From: Opitutaceae bacterium
Lineage (GTDB): Bacteria > Verrucomicrobiota > Verrucomicrobiia > Opitutales > Coraliomargaritaceae
Length of the DNA stretch: 64,000 nucleotides
Reading direction: 5' to 3'
Assembly (NCBI GenBank): GCA_051252375.1
Contig: JBPOFY010000011.1
Location: forward strand, 32,001 to 96,000
The position numbers were made by a program, and so were the translations under genes. Within the stretch, counting starts at the first letter, position 1. The number at the start of each line of letters is the position of its first letter. This document shows, piece after piece, positions 10,669-22,384 of this stretch. The notes below the pieces were generated by a model that saw nothing but the letters and a program-made list of their open reading frames with translations, was not told the DNA's origin and did no database searches.

Positions 10669-10894
10669 ACTTATAAATCGCAATTCACTCCATATGATAC
10701 GGAGTGATCAAAAGCTAAAACTGCTAAGGCGGAGGAAAATACGTTCATATTGAAAGTAGAACGCAAATCACACCCATAATAACGCACTAGAGCAAGTGCA
10801 TTATGAATAATATGTTAAAAATGTTAGCAGGGATTTAGGGGATTTCACCTAGAAGAAACCCATACCGCAAATAACGATACCATCAGTTGGTGAG

Positions 10895-11143
10895 TTACGC
10901 GGAATCGCTCGCTCTGATTTCACGCATGATGGCACGCTCCTTATCGAACTTCTCTCGGTTACAACGACAATGCGGACAGAGCGGACTATTATACAGTAGC
11001 ACAAATTGCTCACGAAGACTCAATGAGCGGGTTTTCCCGACCTCGACCATCTTCAATGCGGATCCACAGCTCGGCACCACTGCGCCGATCATATCGAATG
11101 CTGTATCCGCAAACCCGCGTCTATTTTTCTTTTTCTCCGTCAT
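10895..11143 (-). CDS. Small Cys-rich protein, zf-HC2 (anti-sigma zinc finger)-like
   Basis: SCGSALKMVE..KTRSLSLREQFVLLYNSPLCPHCR fits the C-x~13-LS-xx-E-x3-L-x2-H-x3-CxxC pattern, with Asn in place of His. Confidence 0.6.
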   Translation of the reverse strand: MTEKKKNRRGFADTAFDMIGAVVPSCGSALKMVEVGKTRSLSLREQFVLLYNSPLCPHCRCNREKFDKERAIMREIRASDSA

Positions 11144-11252
11144 CTTTGCGCACGCTAGTGTGGAAAAAATATTTTGCCAGCGTATCCCTCACTTTTTTCT
11201 GCACATCTACTCTCGAATTGACAAACAGGGGCATTATTCTGATGAAAACACT

Positions 11253-12464
11253 ATGAAATACCTACCAACCAAGACCTTATACCTCCTCGCAAGCATCCTA
11301 CTCCCTCTCTACGCGCAAGCCGGCTGGGGTGATGCATTACTAAAACAAGTCGTTAAGGACGTCGCGACCGAGACAGTTAAGCAGGAAGCGACCAAGGCCA
11401 TCGTCAATCAATTCAACAAAGCAGATCCGAATTACGAGGGTCCTAAAACAGCCTCACAAGCCGAATCCGAATCTGCCGCGCTCAGCGTGAGTGCCATAAC
11501 GGTAGAAACCGAAGCGCTCAACCCCACGAAAGACTTCAGTAATACCAAGCTGATCAAGAACGTCAAAAAACGCACCAACCGTGTTGTCGTCGGTGGATTC
11601 CGCGTCGCATTTATTCTTTCCAATGTCGCTTCAGCGAGTGAAGACAACGGCCTGCTCAATATGGGTAACTCCGCAGGGAGCGGCATGAAAACGATCCATC
11701 AAGATCGCACCGTCAAGATGGAGAAAATCCTCTACGGGATCGACGAAGCCGACATGCAAGCGATCACCGATCAAGCCTACAACGACTTCGTCCAAAAACT
11801 ACAAGCCAGCGGACTCGAAGTGCTCCCCGCCAGCACCTTTTTAAACTCACCGCAATTCGCTGAGATCGATCAAACACCAGCCCCCTACAAAAAGGATTCC
11901 GGCTGGTTTCGCCCCAACGACATCCACGTTTACAGCCCCACCACCCTGCCACTTTGGTTCGGACACTTCGATGCCAACGGCTATGGAGACAAAGGTGCTC
12001 TCAGCTTAGGTAATTGGAAAAAGGTCAATAAATTCTCCGGCGATAACAACGTCATCGTGCTCATTCCACAACTGACTATCAACTTCGCCGACATGCAATC
12101 TTCAGGCCGACGTAGCATGTTCAAGAAAGCATCCGTGAAAGCCGAGGACATCATTCACTTCACTTCCAACAACACATGCATGCTTGCTTTTTACTCTAAG
12201 GCAGGCGCGCCCAGCGGCGATCTCGGAGCGACTGCACTTGAAGACAACTACCATGTGCCGGGCAAATTTGCCGTGAACTATCTCGTCGACGAAACCGACA
12301 ACGCCACCTGGGTAAATTCTATGACACGCCTCACTGGCACTTCCGGGAACATCCACAGCAGCGAGACTTGGGCGGTTGTCGCCAACAAGAACGTCTTCAA
12401 GCAATATACCGCCGCAGGCGGTGGCGTCATCAACAGCGCCTTTATCGAGCTGTTAAAGCAATAA
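11253..12464 (+). CDS. Exported hypothetical protein
   Basis: ORF track starts at 10887, but a signal peptide (MKYLPTKTLYLLASILLPLYAQA) begins at ATG 11253 and the extension overlaps the opposite-strand gene. Confidence 0.75.
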   Translation: MKYLPTKTLYLLASILLPLYAQAGWGDALLKQVVKDVATETVKQEATKAIVNQFNKADPNYEGPKTASQAESESAALSVSAITVETEALNPTKDFSNTKLIKNVKKRTNRVVVGGFRVAFILSNVASASEDNGLLNMGNSAGSGMKTIHQDRTVKMEKILYGIDEADMQAITDQAYNDFVQKLQASGLEVLPASTFLNSPQFAEIDQTPAPYKKDSGWFRPNDIHVYSPTTLPLWFGHFDANGYGDKGALSLGNWKKVNKFSGDNNVIVLIPQLTINFADMQSSGRRSMFKKASVKAEDIIHFTSNNTCMLAFYSKAGAPSGDLGATALEDNYHVPGKFAVNYLVDETDNATWVNSMTRLTGTSGNIHSSETWAVVANKNVFKQYTAAGGGVINSAFIELLKQ

Positions 12465-12556
12465 GACCTATACCAACCACATGGTAATGCCGCATGCCGT
12501 TTTTCAAGGAACGGTATTGCATTGAATGTTACTAAGGCAGCGTTCTACCTCTTCAC

Positions 12557-14515
12557 ATGTTTCGCTGCTTCTTAATATACATTGCCCTTTGCTGCCTGCC
12601 GCTCGCGCTGTTTGGTGCCAGCAAAGGTGACGCAGCACGCATCGACCTCTACTACGGTATCGCGGAAGGTAACTTCTTCATCGGCGACTTAGCCGGTGCA
12701 ACCAGCGGCGTGGAACAGATGCTGCGAATCGACGCGGCACATGTGCCCGCACTCACCCTTCTCGCACGCATCCAACTCAAACAAGGCGCAGCCGATAAAG
12801 CACTGGCGACTACCGAACAAGCCATCGCACTTGAGCCAGCAGAACTCGAACATCAGCTACTCAAAGCACTGATCCTCGGTCAAGCGAACCGAAGCGATCA
12901 AGCCATCGCGCTCATTGAATCGGTCCTTAAAAAAGCACCCGATCAAAGCGACGACTATCGCGCTGCGAAACAATTACTCGGCTTGCTGCAAATGGCGCAA
13001 GGCGATTGGGATGCCGCCGCAGACAGCTTCCATGCCATCTACCTTGCAGACCCGACCACTGCCGGCACTAGCTTGAAGTTGAGTAGTGAAGCCTACCTAG
13101 AAAAGGCGCGTCTAGCACTGGAAAAAGCCAACCAAGATGAAGCGATACAAAGCATCGACCAAGCCATCTCCGTTTACGAAGGCAAGAGCGGGCAAGAAGC
13201 ACTTAAAGAGCGCACCAGCTTAACACTCATGCGCGCACGCCTCCTCAGTCAACTCGGACAACACGACGCCGCCATCGCCGGGCTGCAAACCCTCACAGCG
13301 CAACAACCGAACAACCTAGAAGCCACCGTCACACTCGCCTCAATTTATGCCAGCGCCGATCGCTGGACTTCACTCGATACCCTGATTCCACAAATCGCCA
13401 ACATCCCAGAGCTCGCAGACATCACGCTTTATTTCGAAGGCCGTTCAGCGCTTTCTAAAGGCCGCGTCGGCACCGCCCGCGCAAAGTTCGAAGCCGCGAT
13501 CGACCTCAAACGTGAAGGCCAACTTTCATCCTCACTCCACTTCTATCGAGGCCACTGCCTAGACGCACTTAAACGAAAAGAAGAAGCCTCCACTGAAATC
13601 ATCAAAGCACTGAATGCCGGCTTCCGCCCCGAAACCACCGCGGAAGGTGCCCTCGCCAGTCGCATACTGATACAATCTAAACAAGCAGAGCGCGCCATCC
13701 CCATCCTAGAAGCGATCACACTCAACCAGATCGACACCTCTCCAGAAGTATGGGCGCTCCTCGGGCGCGCGCACAGCACCGAGGGAAATACAGCCCTAGC
13801 GATCAGCGCATATAACGAGGCCATCAAAATAAACCCGACCGACCCTGAACTGCGCGCCACCCGAGGTTCCTTGCTCCGAAAAATCGGCGACATCCACGGC
13901 GCTGCAGTCGACTACTATTCCGCCCGCGAAAGCGAACCCGGGAACCCCGCATATGCCTACGCCTACGGACTCACACTCTTTCAACTCGGTCAACTAGACG
14001 AAGCTGAAATACATCTCGATTTCGCCGCCGAGACACTCCCTGAAAACAGCAGTCTGCAATTGCTCCACGCACTACTCGCTTACTCGGTCAACAAAAACGA
14101 CGTATCCAAAGAAGCATTACGAAATTACTTTTCATTCGCCGGCGACACGCCAAACGAATCCGCGCTCTACTTAGAATATGCGCTCAAAGCACAAGAAGAC
14201 ATGCGCCTAGCCATACTCGGAATGAACCAGCGGATCATCGATCGCGAGCGTTCAGATTTCCTACAGAACTTCATCCGCTACAACGTCGGCAAACTCGACC
14301 GCAAAGCGATCATCGACCATGCAGGCATCGCCGAAAGCAAAGAAATCGCACAGCAACAAATTTGCGAAGCCGCCTTTTGGATCGCCCAGCACGAACGCGC
14401 CGCCGGCAATAAGAAAGCCTACACAGAGCTGCTCAAAATCATCTTGGAAACGGGCCATGCCGACATACCCGAATACCAATTCGCCCGCTGGCAACTACTT
14501 CAAATCAAACCGTAA
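12557..14515 (+). CDS. Exported tetratricopeptide-repeat protein
   Basis: Signal peptide and multiple TPR-like helical repeats (e.g. WALLGRAH...AISAYNEAIKINP). Confidence 0.88.
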   Translation: MFRCFLIYIALCCLPLALFGASKGDAARIDLYYGIAEGNFFIGDLAGATSGVEQMLRIDAAHVPALTLLARIQLKQGAADKALATTEQAIALEPAELEHQLLKALILGQANRSDQAIALIESVLKKAPDQSDDYRAAKQLLGLLQMAQGDWDAAADSFHAIYLADPTTAGTSLKLSSEAYLEKARLALEKANQDEAIQSIDQAISVYEGKSGQEALKERTSLTLMRARLLSQLGQHDAAIAGLQTLTAQQPNNLEATVTLASIYASADRWTSLDTLIPQIANIPELADITLYFEGRSALSKGRVGTARAKFEAAIDLKREGQLSSSLHFYRGHCLDALKRKEEASTEIIKALNAGFRPETTAEGALASRILIQSKQAERAIPILEAITLNQIDTSPEVWALLGRAHSTEGNTALAISAYNEAIKINPTDPELRATRGSLLRKIGDIHGAAVDYYSARESEPGNPAYAYAYGLTLFQLGQLDEAEIHLDFAAETLPENSSLQLLHALLAYSVNKNDVSKEALRNYFSFAGDTPNESALYLEYALKAQEDMRLAILGMNQRIIDRERSDFLQNFIRYNVGKLDRKAIIDHAGIAESKEIAQQQICEAAFWIAQHERAAGNKKAYTELLKIILETGHADIPEYQFARWQLLQIKP

Positions 14516-17320
14516 GCCCGTGCCGTCCTCAACGCTCTCCAAGGGTGAGACTGTAAGACGGGTCGCGTCCAAACCATGCGACGCGGTCAGGTGAGCTTGA
14601 ACGACTTTCGCGCGCTCAGCCGCGAGGCGCTCCAATTCACTTTCTGGCAAGACTACTTGAGGCATCAAATAAGACTCCATCTTAGCTAAACCCGCCGCCG
14701 TTTCAGCCACAGTCTCCTCATCAGGCGTGCCTGCTGCTTTCATTTGATCGCCATACCGCTCCGCCAGTGCCTTTTGATAAGCAGCTTCATCCGACTGCTT
14801 CACGTCTTTGAGTAAAGTTGCGCGAAGTTGTGTGCGCTGCAGCGCAACAATGTCTTCCGCGATAATCTCGGGTATAATCGCCAGCTTCAAATCTGGCCGC
14901 TCTTTCAAGGCAGTCGCCATCGAATTCAAACGGTCGAGCATGGCATTCGACAAAGTCGACTGACCGGCATCGAACTCAACCACTGAAATGTCTTCCTCCG
15001 AGCCCACCAATCCTGACAGCAATTTAAACGGTGCAGAAACCACGTTCGTGATTAAACCAACCACCGCAGTTCGAATGATCTGACCAAGACCCGCCTTCGG
15101 GTCGCTGAGATCACCAGACAAGGGCAAGGATAGGTCCATCTTTCCGCCCGGTCCCGATAGCAATGTGACCGCCAAATCTAGCGGCAAACTAATCGCCGTC
15201 TCACTCTTCACCGAATCACCAAACTGTAGCTGATCGATGAGTATCTTGTTCGATGCCTTGAGCTGATTGTTTTGAATATCCCAATTTGAATCCAAACTGA
15301 AAGCTCCCTTTGCAATGCGCCGCCCCACCGCTTTTCCGGAATACGGAGACAAAGCCGGCAAAGCCAATTGACTCAGCGAAACCTGAAGTGTCGTCGCAGC
15401 TCCTATCTCGGATGGCTTCAAGGTGCCATTGACCGTCAAGCGACTACCATTAACCATCGCATTCAAATCCAACGAAGAAGAACCGGACCCGGCGAGTGCG
15501 ACATCTTTAAGCATTAAGCCCAACTCGGTTATATTGAACTCTGTGCTTGGCTCAGTTGCGCCATCCACAAATGTAAATATGCCCTCTTCAATAGCGATGG
15601 TCGCAATCGAAATATTCGGCGGCGTGCCACTCTCCGACGCAGCGACCTCCTCAACACTCTCTTCCGTCGCTTCGCTAGATTCTGCACTCGGTCCCTGTTG
15701 CATCTGAATCACTGGTTTACTTAAAACCACTGCATCGATTGCCAGAGAAAATGGAGTCGTCGCTAATTGGAGCTCGTTCAAACTCAAGCGATCCCAAGCA
15801 AAACTCATGGGCGCTGCGCCATTTCGCTGCCCTGCAAATTCTCGGATCTCGACACTGCCAGTCAGATGCAAACCATCTGCAGTGCTGTTCTTCAATTTGC
15901 CATTAAAATCAAATGCACCTGACTCGATTGCCATGTCCGCGAACTCATTCGTATATGCGGTCGCCAGACTCAATGGGATCGATTGCGCGTTGATCGAGAA
16001 GTCCAGTGCGCCCGACTCCACCACCACAGAACCCTGCAGATTCACAACCCCCTGCTCCCCTATCTTATATTGCGCATCGACAGTAAACGGCGCTGCCAAA
16101 TCAGAAGTCATCCCTTGCACTTTAATTGAAGGCACGCCCACCTCTACACTCGCAAGGCCTTGCGCCAAATCTTCCTGCCAGCGCACATGGTAGTTCGTCA
16201 CCTCAATCAATTCGATCACATAGCTAAGCGGCTCGAGCGCGCTATCCGCTGCTGGCGCTTCCGCCTGCATGGGTGCTTCGCTCATCTCCGCAGCCTTCGG
16301 TCCAGCAACCAGTTGAAGCAAATTGATTGCCCCATCCGCATCACGGTGGACCAACGTCTCCCCATTCGTCACGCCAACTTTTGCGACATGCAACTCCATC
16401 TGCGGAAACTTAAAACCAACACCTTCTAGCGCGACCGCTTCAATCGAAAGCAAAGTTGCTGGCTCAGCCGACGGCGAGCAGAGCACCTCGGTCAAATTTG
16501 CATACGCCTCATCAACTGACAGCAAATTATCCAAATCTGATAGATCGAATTGATACTGAAACCCAAAACCGAATACCGCGCTTTTCAGATCAAAACGTAT
16601 CAACTCAGCATAATACGGCGAAAGTTGATCGATCATTAAACCTTCCAACGAAAACGCCCCCTCACTGCGCAAAGGCTGACTCGTGAGCGTGCCCTTCCAG
16701 CTAACCCGAGCTCCGTTCTCGGTTTCTGCATCAAACTGCATGGCCGACGAACCATCCGAAACCGTCGACAGATTACGTAGTGTGAAATTAATCGGGTCAA
16801 TTATCTGCGCATACACTTCCGCGTTGGTGTGATCGGTAAAGCCCGCCTTGCCGTTGCTCACTTCAAGCAAATCGATGCGCAACTTCGGAATCTCCGCTTG
16901 ATTCAGTCGCTCCATTATTTTGCGCCAGCCTTCTGCCGTTTCCGGCGACTCGACTGGTGCCTCATCCGGCGCGACCTCTGCCAATTGACGCGTCGCCTCC
17001 ATGTCCAGTCCATCCAGGACCACACGATCCAAGACCGGATAAAACTTCAAAACCGTCAAAACACTCAAATTGACCTCCGCCAAAGCCCACTTGGCTGTCC
17101 ATGCCCCACCGGCGTCCGCAGTCGAAAGCCCCTCTACTCGCAGCGACCATGTAAATGGGTTAAAACGCACCTTCTCGATCACCGAAGCCTCGTTCACATG
17201 CGTCTGCAATGCCCGTTCGCCAAAATACCTAATCAAAAATGGAAAAACCAAAAAGCCGATAAAAGTATATAATGCGAAAAGTATCGCAGAAATGGTGAAG
17301 AATTTTCGGGTGCGAGTCAT
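14495..17320 (-). CDS. DUF748-domain (AsmA-like) membrane-anchored protein
   Basis: N-terminal TM, VRFNPFT, repeated LSPY motifs, LPLDLAVTLL...LPLSGDLSDP, C-terminal OmpA-like segment. Confidence 0.85.
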   Translation of the reverse strand: MTRTRKFFTISAILFALYTFIGFLVFPFLIRYFGERALQTHVNEASVIEKVRFNPFTWSLRVEGLSTADAGGAWTAKWALAEVNLSVLTVLKFYPVLDRVVLDGLDMEATRQLAEVAPDEAPVESPETAEGWRKIMERLNQAEIPKLRIDLLEVSNGKAGFTDHTNAEVYAQIIDPINFTLRNLSTVSDGSSAMQFDAETENGARVSWKGTLTSQPLRSEGAFSLEGLMIDQLSPYYAELIRFDLKSAVFGFGFQYQFDLSDLDNLLSVDEAYANLTEVLCSPSAEPATLLSIEAVALEGVGFKFPQMELHVAKVGVTNGETLVHRDADGAINLLQLVAGPKAAEMSEAPMQAEAPAADSALEPLSYVIELIEVTNYHVRWQEDLAQGLASVEVGVPSIKVQGMTSDLAAPFTVDAQYKIGEQGVVNLQGSVVVESGALDFSINAQSIPLSLATAYTNEFADMAIESGAFDFNGKLKNSTADGLHLTGSVEIREFAGQRNGAAPMSFAWDRLSLNELQLATTPFSLAIDAVVLSKPVIQMQQGPSAESSEATEESVEEVAASESGTPPNISIATIAIEEGIFTFVDGATEPSTEFNITELGLMLKDVALAGSGSSSLDLNAMVNGSRLTVNGTLKPSEIGAATTLQVSLSQLALPALSPYSGKAVGRRIAKGAFSLDSNWDIQNNQLKASNKILIDQLQFGDSVKSETAISLPLDLAVTLLSGPGGKMDLSLPLSGDLSDPKAGLGQIIRTAVVGLITNVVSAPFKLLSGLVGSEEDISVVEFDAGQSTLSNAMLDRLNSMATALKERPDLKLAIIPEIIAEDIVALQRTQLRATLLKDVKQSDEAAYQKALAERYGDQMKAAGTPDEETVAETAAGLAKMESYLMPQVVLPESELERLAAERAKVVQAHLTASHGLDATRLTVSPLESVEDGTGLRFDLK

Positions 17321-17341
17321 GATGAATAGTAAAGCAGATGT

Positions 17342-17665
17342 TTGACCATAAGTTCAACATATGAAAATAGGCGTTTCGCAGGCTACGAGCGAGCCTCCAT
17401 GGATCTCGTGGCCGAGCTTGCGGGCGCCTCCAAGCGCACTGTGTATAATCACTTCGCCAGCAAAAAGGATTTACTCTGGGAAGTGATCGCCGAGCTGATG
17501 GCAGGCCAGCAAACCCAGAAGCCGATCCCCTACTCCAAAGACGAATCGCTCAAAGCGCAGCTCGGACGCTTCGTGGATGCGCAGATGTATTTCATCCTCG
17601 ACCCCGAAAGGCTCTCAGGACCAAAATGGGGTCATGTCGTTATCTTTGCAATTTGTTATGAATAG
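17342..17665 (+). pseudogene. Truncated TetR/AcrR family regulator fragment
   Basis: HTH GYERASMDLVAELAGASKRTVYNHFASKKDL is present, helix 1 is missing, and the frame runs into the duplicated block at 17617. Confidence 0.7.
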
Positions 17666-17858
17666 AGGCACACGGGCAGCCATCTTCCTCATCGCCTGGA
17701 GCTGAAATTCAATGCCCAGGCGCCACTGCCCAAACCCGAGGACCAAAATGGGGTCATGTCGTTATCTTTGCAATTTGTTATGAGCAGAGGCACACGGGCA
17801 GCCATCTCCCTCATCACTTCGAGCTGAAATTCAATGCCCAGGCGCCACTGCCCAAACC
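17617..17858. repeat. Near-identical tandem duplication with 122-bp period
   Basis: Copies at 17617-17736 and 17739-17858, both starting AGGACCAAAATGGGGTCATGTCG. Confidence 0.95.
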
Positions 17859-18917
17859 TAGAAAAATCGTCATCGCCTCGATTTCTGTTTCCAGTGCACG
17901 GCGGAATTTCGATTGGCTCGCGGGTTCACTGACGTATCCCACCTCTACGTCGAGCCGCTCATCGATCACCTTGGCATTCGCCCAAGCGATGACCTTTTCC
18001 TGCCAAAGCAATGGCATGGCATAGTAGCCCCGCGCACGTTTGGATGCGGGGATGTAAGCTTCAAAGCGGTAACTCCACCCCCAAAGCTGCTCAAAGCGTT
18101 GACGGTTCCGAACGAGCGGATCAAAGGGAGCGAGAATCCGCACCCGGCCGGGGACTTCATTCGACTGCCAGCTGTCGTGCTCCAGTAGATACGTCAGACC
18201 GTCCACCTCGACCTCGACGAGCTGCCCGGTGGCGACGAGTTGATCGACGATCCCCACCCTCTCTTTACGCTTTGGCACTAGGTGCGTGAGGCTTCTAAGC
18301 TCCGACAATAAAAAAGACTTCGTCGTTGGACCGAAGACGTGCGCCGTCGTCATGGCTAAACGCGCATAGCGAGCCTCCGGATTCGCCTCTTTTGGGCGCG
18401 AGTCTTCAGCCGCTTGGTAAACTCGGACGCCTTTCTGGCGTCGACTAATTCGTAAATGCCCCTCGTCGTGCAAGTCCTCCAACACGCGTTTGGTCGCTTG
18501 TGATTTCCCGCCCCAATGATTGGCCACCGAACGCGGCCCGAGACTTTCAGCCAGATCCCGGGGATGGACCTCTCCGTGCTTTTTAACGAAGGCGAGCACT
18601 TGCCGCTCCAGCGCTTTCAACTTCCCGGCCGGCTGGGTGTGGAGATCTTGCCACACCTTTGATGGCATAAATCCATAGGCAAAGAGATAGCCCTCTTCCG
18701 CGTCCAACTGAGGATACAGTTGTTCCAAGTCACCGGACACATAAGGATCCACCCGATGACGGAGAATCAAATCCTGCGCCCGCGCCGGCGACCGGATCGG
18801 ATCCGCCTGCACAAAACGCAGTCCGCCAAGGCCAGCGGCCAAATCTGAATACTGCGGAAAAGATCCTGCGACGACGCGACGCCTGAACTCCTGTAGCTGG
18901 ATTTTGAGAGGGCTCAT
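17814..18917 (-). CDS. YcaQ/AlkZ-like (HTH_42) DNA crosslink-repair glycosylase
   Basis: FVQADPI (QxD catalytic motif) and C-terminal ILAPFDPLV...WGWSYRFEAYIPASKRARGYYAMPLL. Confidence 0.85.
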   Translation of the reverse strand: MSPLKIQLQEFRRRVVAGSFPQYSDLAAGLGGLRFVQADPIRSPARAQDLILRHRVDPYVSGDLEQLYPQLDAEEGYLFAYGFMPSKVWQDLHTQPAGKLKALERQVLAFVKKHGEVHPRDLAESLGPRSVANHWGGKSQATKRVLEDLHDEGHLRISRRQKGVRVYQAAEDSRPKEANPEARYARLAMTTAHVFGPTTKSFLLSELRSLTHLVPKRKERVGIVDQLVATGQLVEVEVDGLTYLLEHDSWQSNEVPGRVRILAPFDPLVRNRQRFEQLWGWSYRFEAYIPASKRARGYYAMPLLWQEKVIAWANAKVIDERLDVEVGYVSEPASQSKFRRALETEIEAMTIFLGLGSGAWALNFSSK

Positions 18918-18948
18918 TTTTTAATGATCGTAAGATCCGACAGAGCCG

Positions 18949-19034
18949 GCGACCGCTAATCTCCGCTAATTTTACGCTTATGGGGCTTCTTTCTCTTTTT
19001 CTTAAATAAGCGTTAATAAGCGCACATAAGCGGT
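18949..19034. repeat. Inverted arms built from 10-bp-period ATAAGCG/ATTAGCG subrepeats
   Basis: Left arm 18949-18981, right arm 19006-19034; related copies at 23825-23901 and 31099-31130. Confidence 0.8.
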
Positions 19035-19204
19035 GTCAAAATTTTCTTCTATATCTTTAATTAGCGGTTTAGGGAATCGCGTTTAGCTGGAAGCGCGAGA
19101 TGGGGTATCGATAAGCGACTAACGGCGACTGAGAGGAAGAATTGCTAGAATTACGGAACCATTTTGGGCTTGCACAGAGCCCCTAAAACCGCATTTTCCT
19201 GCCC

Positions 19205-19345
19205 CTCAGCGTTAGAACGCGTCCTGCGAAGGTCCCGTTCCTCGGCTTCCCGCCACCCGGCGGGTCCAACGGCTAGAGCGGCTCAGTGGCTGCTTTAGCG
19301 GTTTCGTAAACTCGAAACCCGTAAGTCGTGATCACATAATCAAAC
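19205..19345 (+). promoter_or_regulatory. Structured rpsO 5' leader, candidate S15-binding autoregulatory RNA
   Basis: Hairpins at 19235-19272 (inner CCCGCC/GGCGGG), 19272-19299 and 19300-19319. Confidence 0.55.
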
Positions 19346-19348
19346 ACA

Positions 19349-19636
<288 letters not shown>

Positions 19637-19652
19637 TCGAAAACAAATTTTC

Positions 19653-19693
19653 ATGCCGACCCTTGTCTTACAGGGGTCGGCATTTTGCTTTTT
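19653..19693 (+). terminator. Intrinsic terminator after rpsO
   Basis: ATGCCGACCC...GGGTCGGCAT followed by a T-rich tract. Confidence 0.8.
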
Positions 19694-19726
19694 AACAAAA
19701 CCTCAAAACCACCCCAGTCGCCCCAT

Positions 19727-19794
19727 TCTTAATCATAATCTTAATCGTAATTCTCCCCACAACCGAGGATTACGATTAGGAGTAAGATTAAGAC
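19727..19794. repeat. Inverted arms of hexamer subrepeats (TAATC[TAG]/GATTA[AC])
   Basis: TCTTAATCATAATCTTAATCGTAAT ... GATTACGATTAGGAGTAAGATTAAGA. Confidence 0.75.
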
Positions 19795-20066
19795 GGATGG
19801 CCTAAGCCTCACTTAATCACATATCACATTACTCAACATTGGACGTTGTTCCTTTAATTGCCCGAAGGGCGCCCATTAAAGAAATCCTATCAGGACAAAT
19901 TCTATGAAGAATTTACCATCTCCGCGCTACTCGCGCTCCGTCAACGTTCGACGTTCCTCCTCCGCCTTTACCGAGTGGCTCAAACCGATTTGAGTCACGC
20001 CGACACAAGTAGGGTCCTACCCCCGAACTGTCGTTGAATGCATAAAGCAAAACACAAAAAAATAGT

Positions 20067-22238
<2,172 letters not shown>

Positions 22239-22263
22239 TCGGACGTTTCAAAACGTTTACAGC

Positions 22264-22295
22264 AAAGCGGTCACCGAAAGGTGGCCGCTTTTTTT
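22264..22295 (+). terminator. Intrinsic terminator after pnp
   Basis: AAGCGGTCAC-CGAAAG-GTGGCCGC-T7. Confidence 0.88.
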
Positions 22296-22384
22296 GCGCT
22301 TATAAATTGAACTGCTGATATACGTTAATTGATAACGCAACGAACTAAGTCCATGCAGGAGGCAAGGGCATCACGCCCTACCCC

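Noticed and set aside
10887..11252. N-terminal 122 aa of the 525-aa ORF
   Set aside because: Overlaps a plausible opposite-strand gene; the signal peptide starts at 11253
17617..17858. Integron attC sites or CRISPR repeats
   Set aside because: A CATAAC is present, but I found no matching GTTRRRY core or attC palindrome and no integrase; only two contiguous copies with no spacer
19904..19993. 29-aa uORF upstream of pnp (MKNLPSPRY...)
   Set aside because: No recognisable features; overlaps hairpins; likely chance
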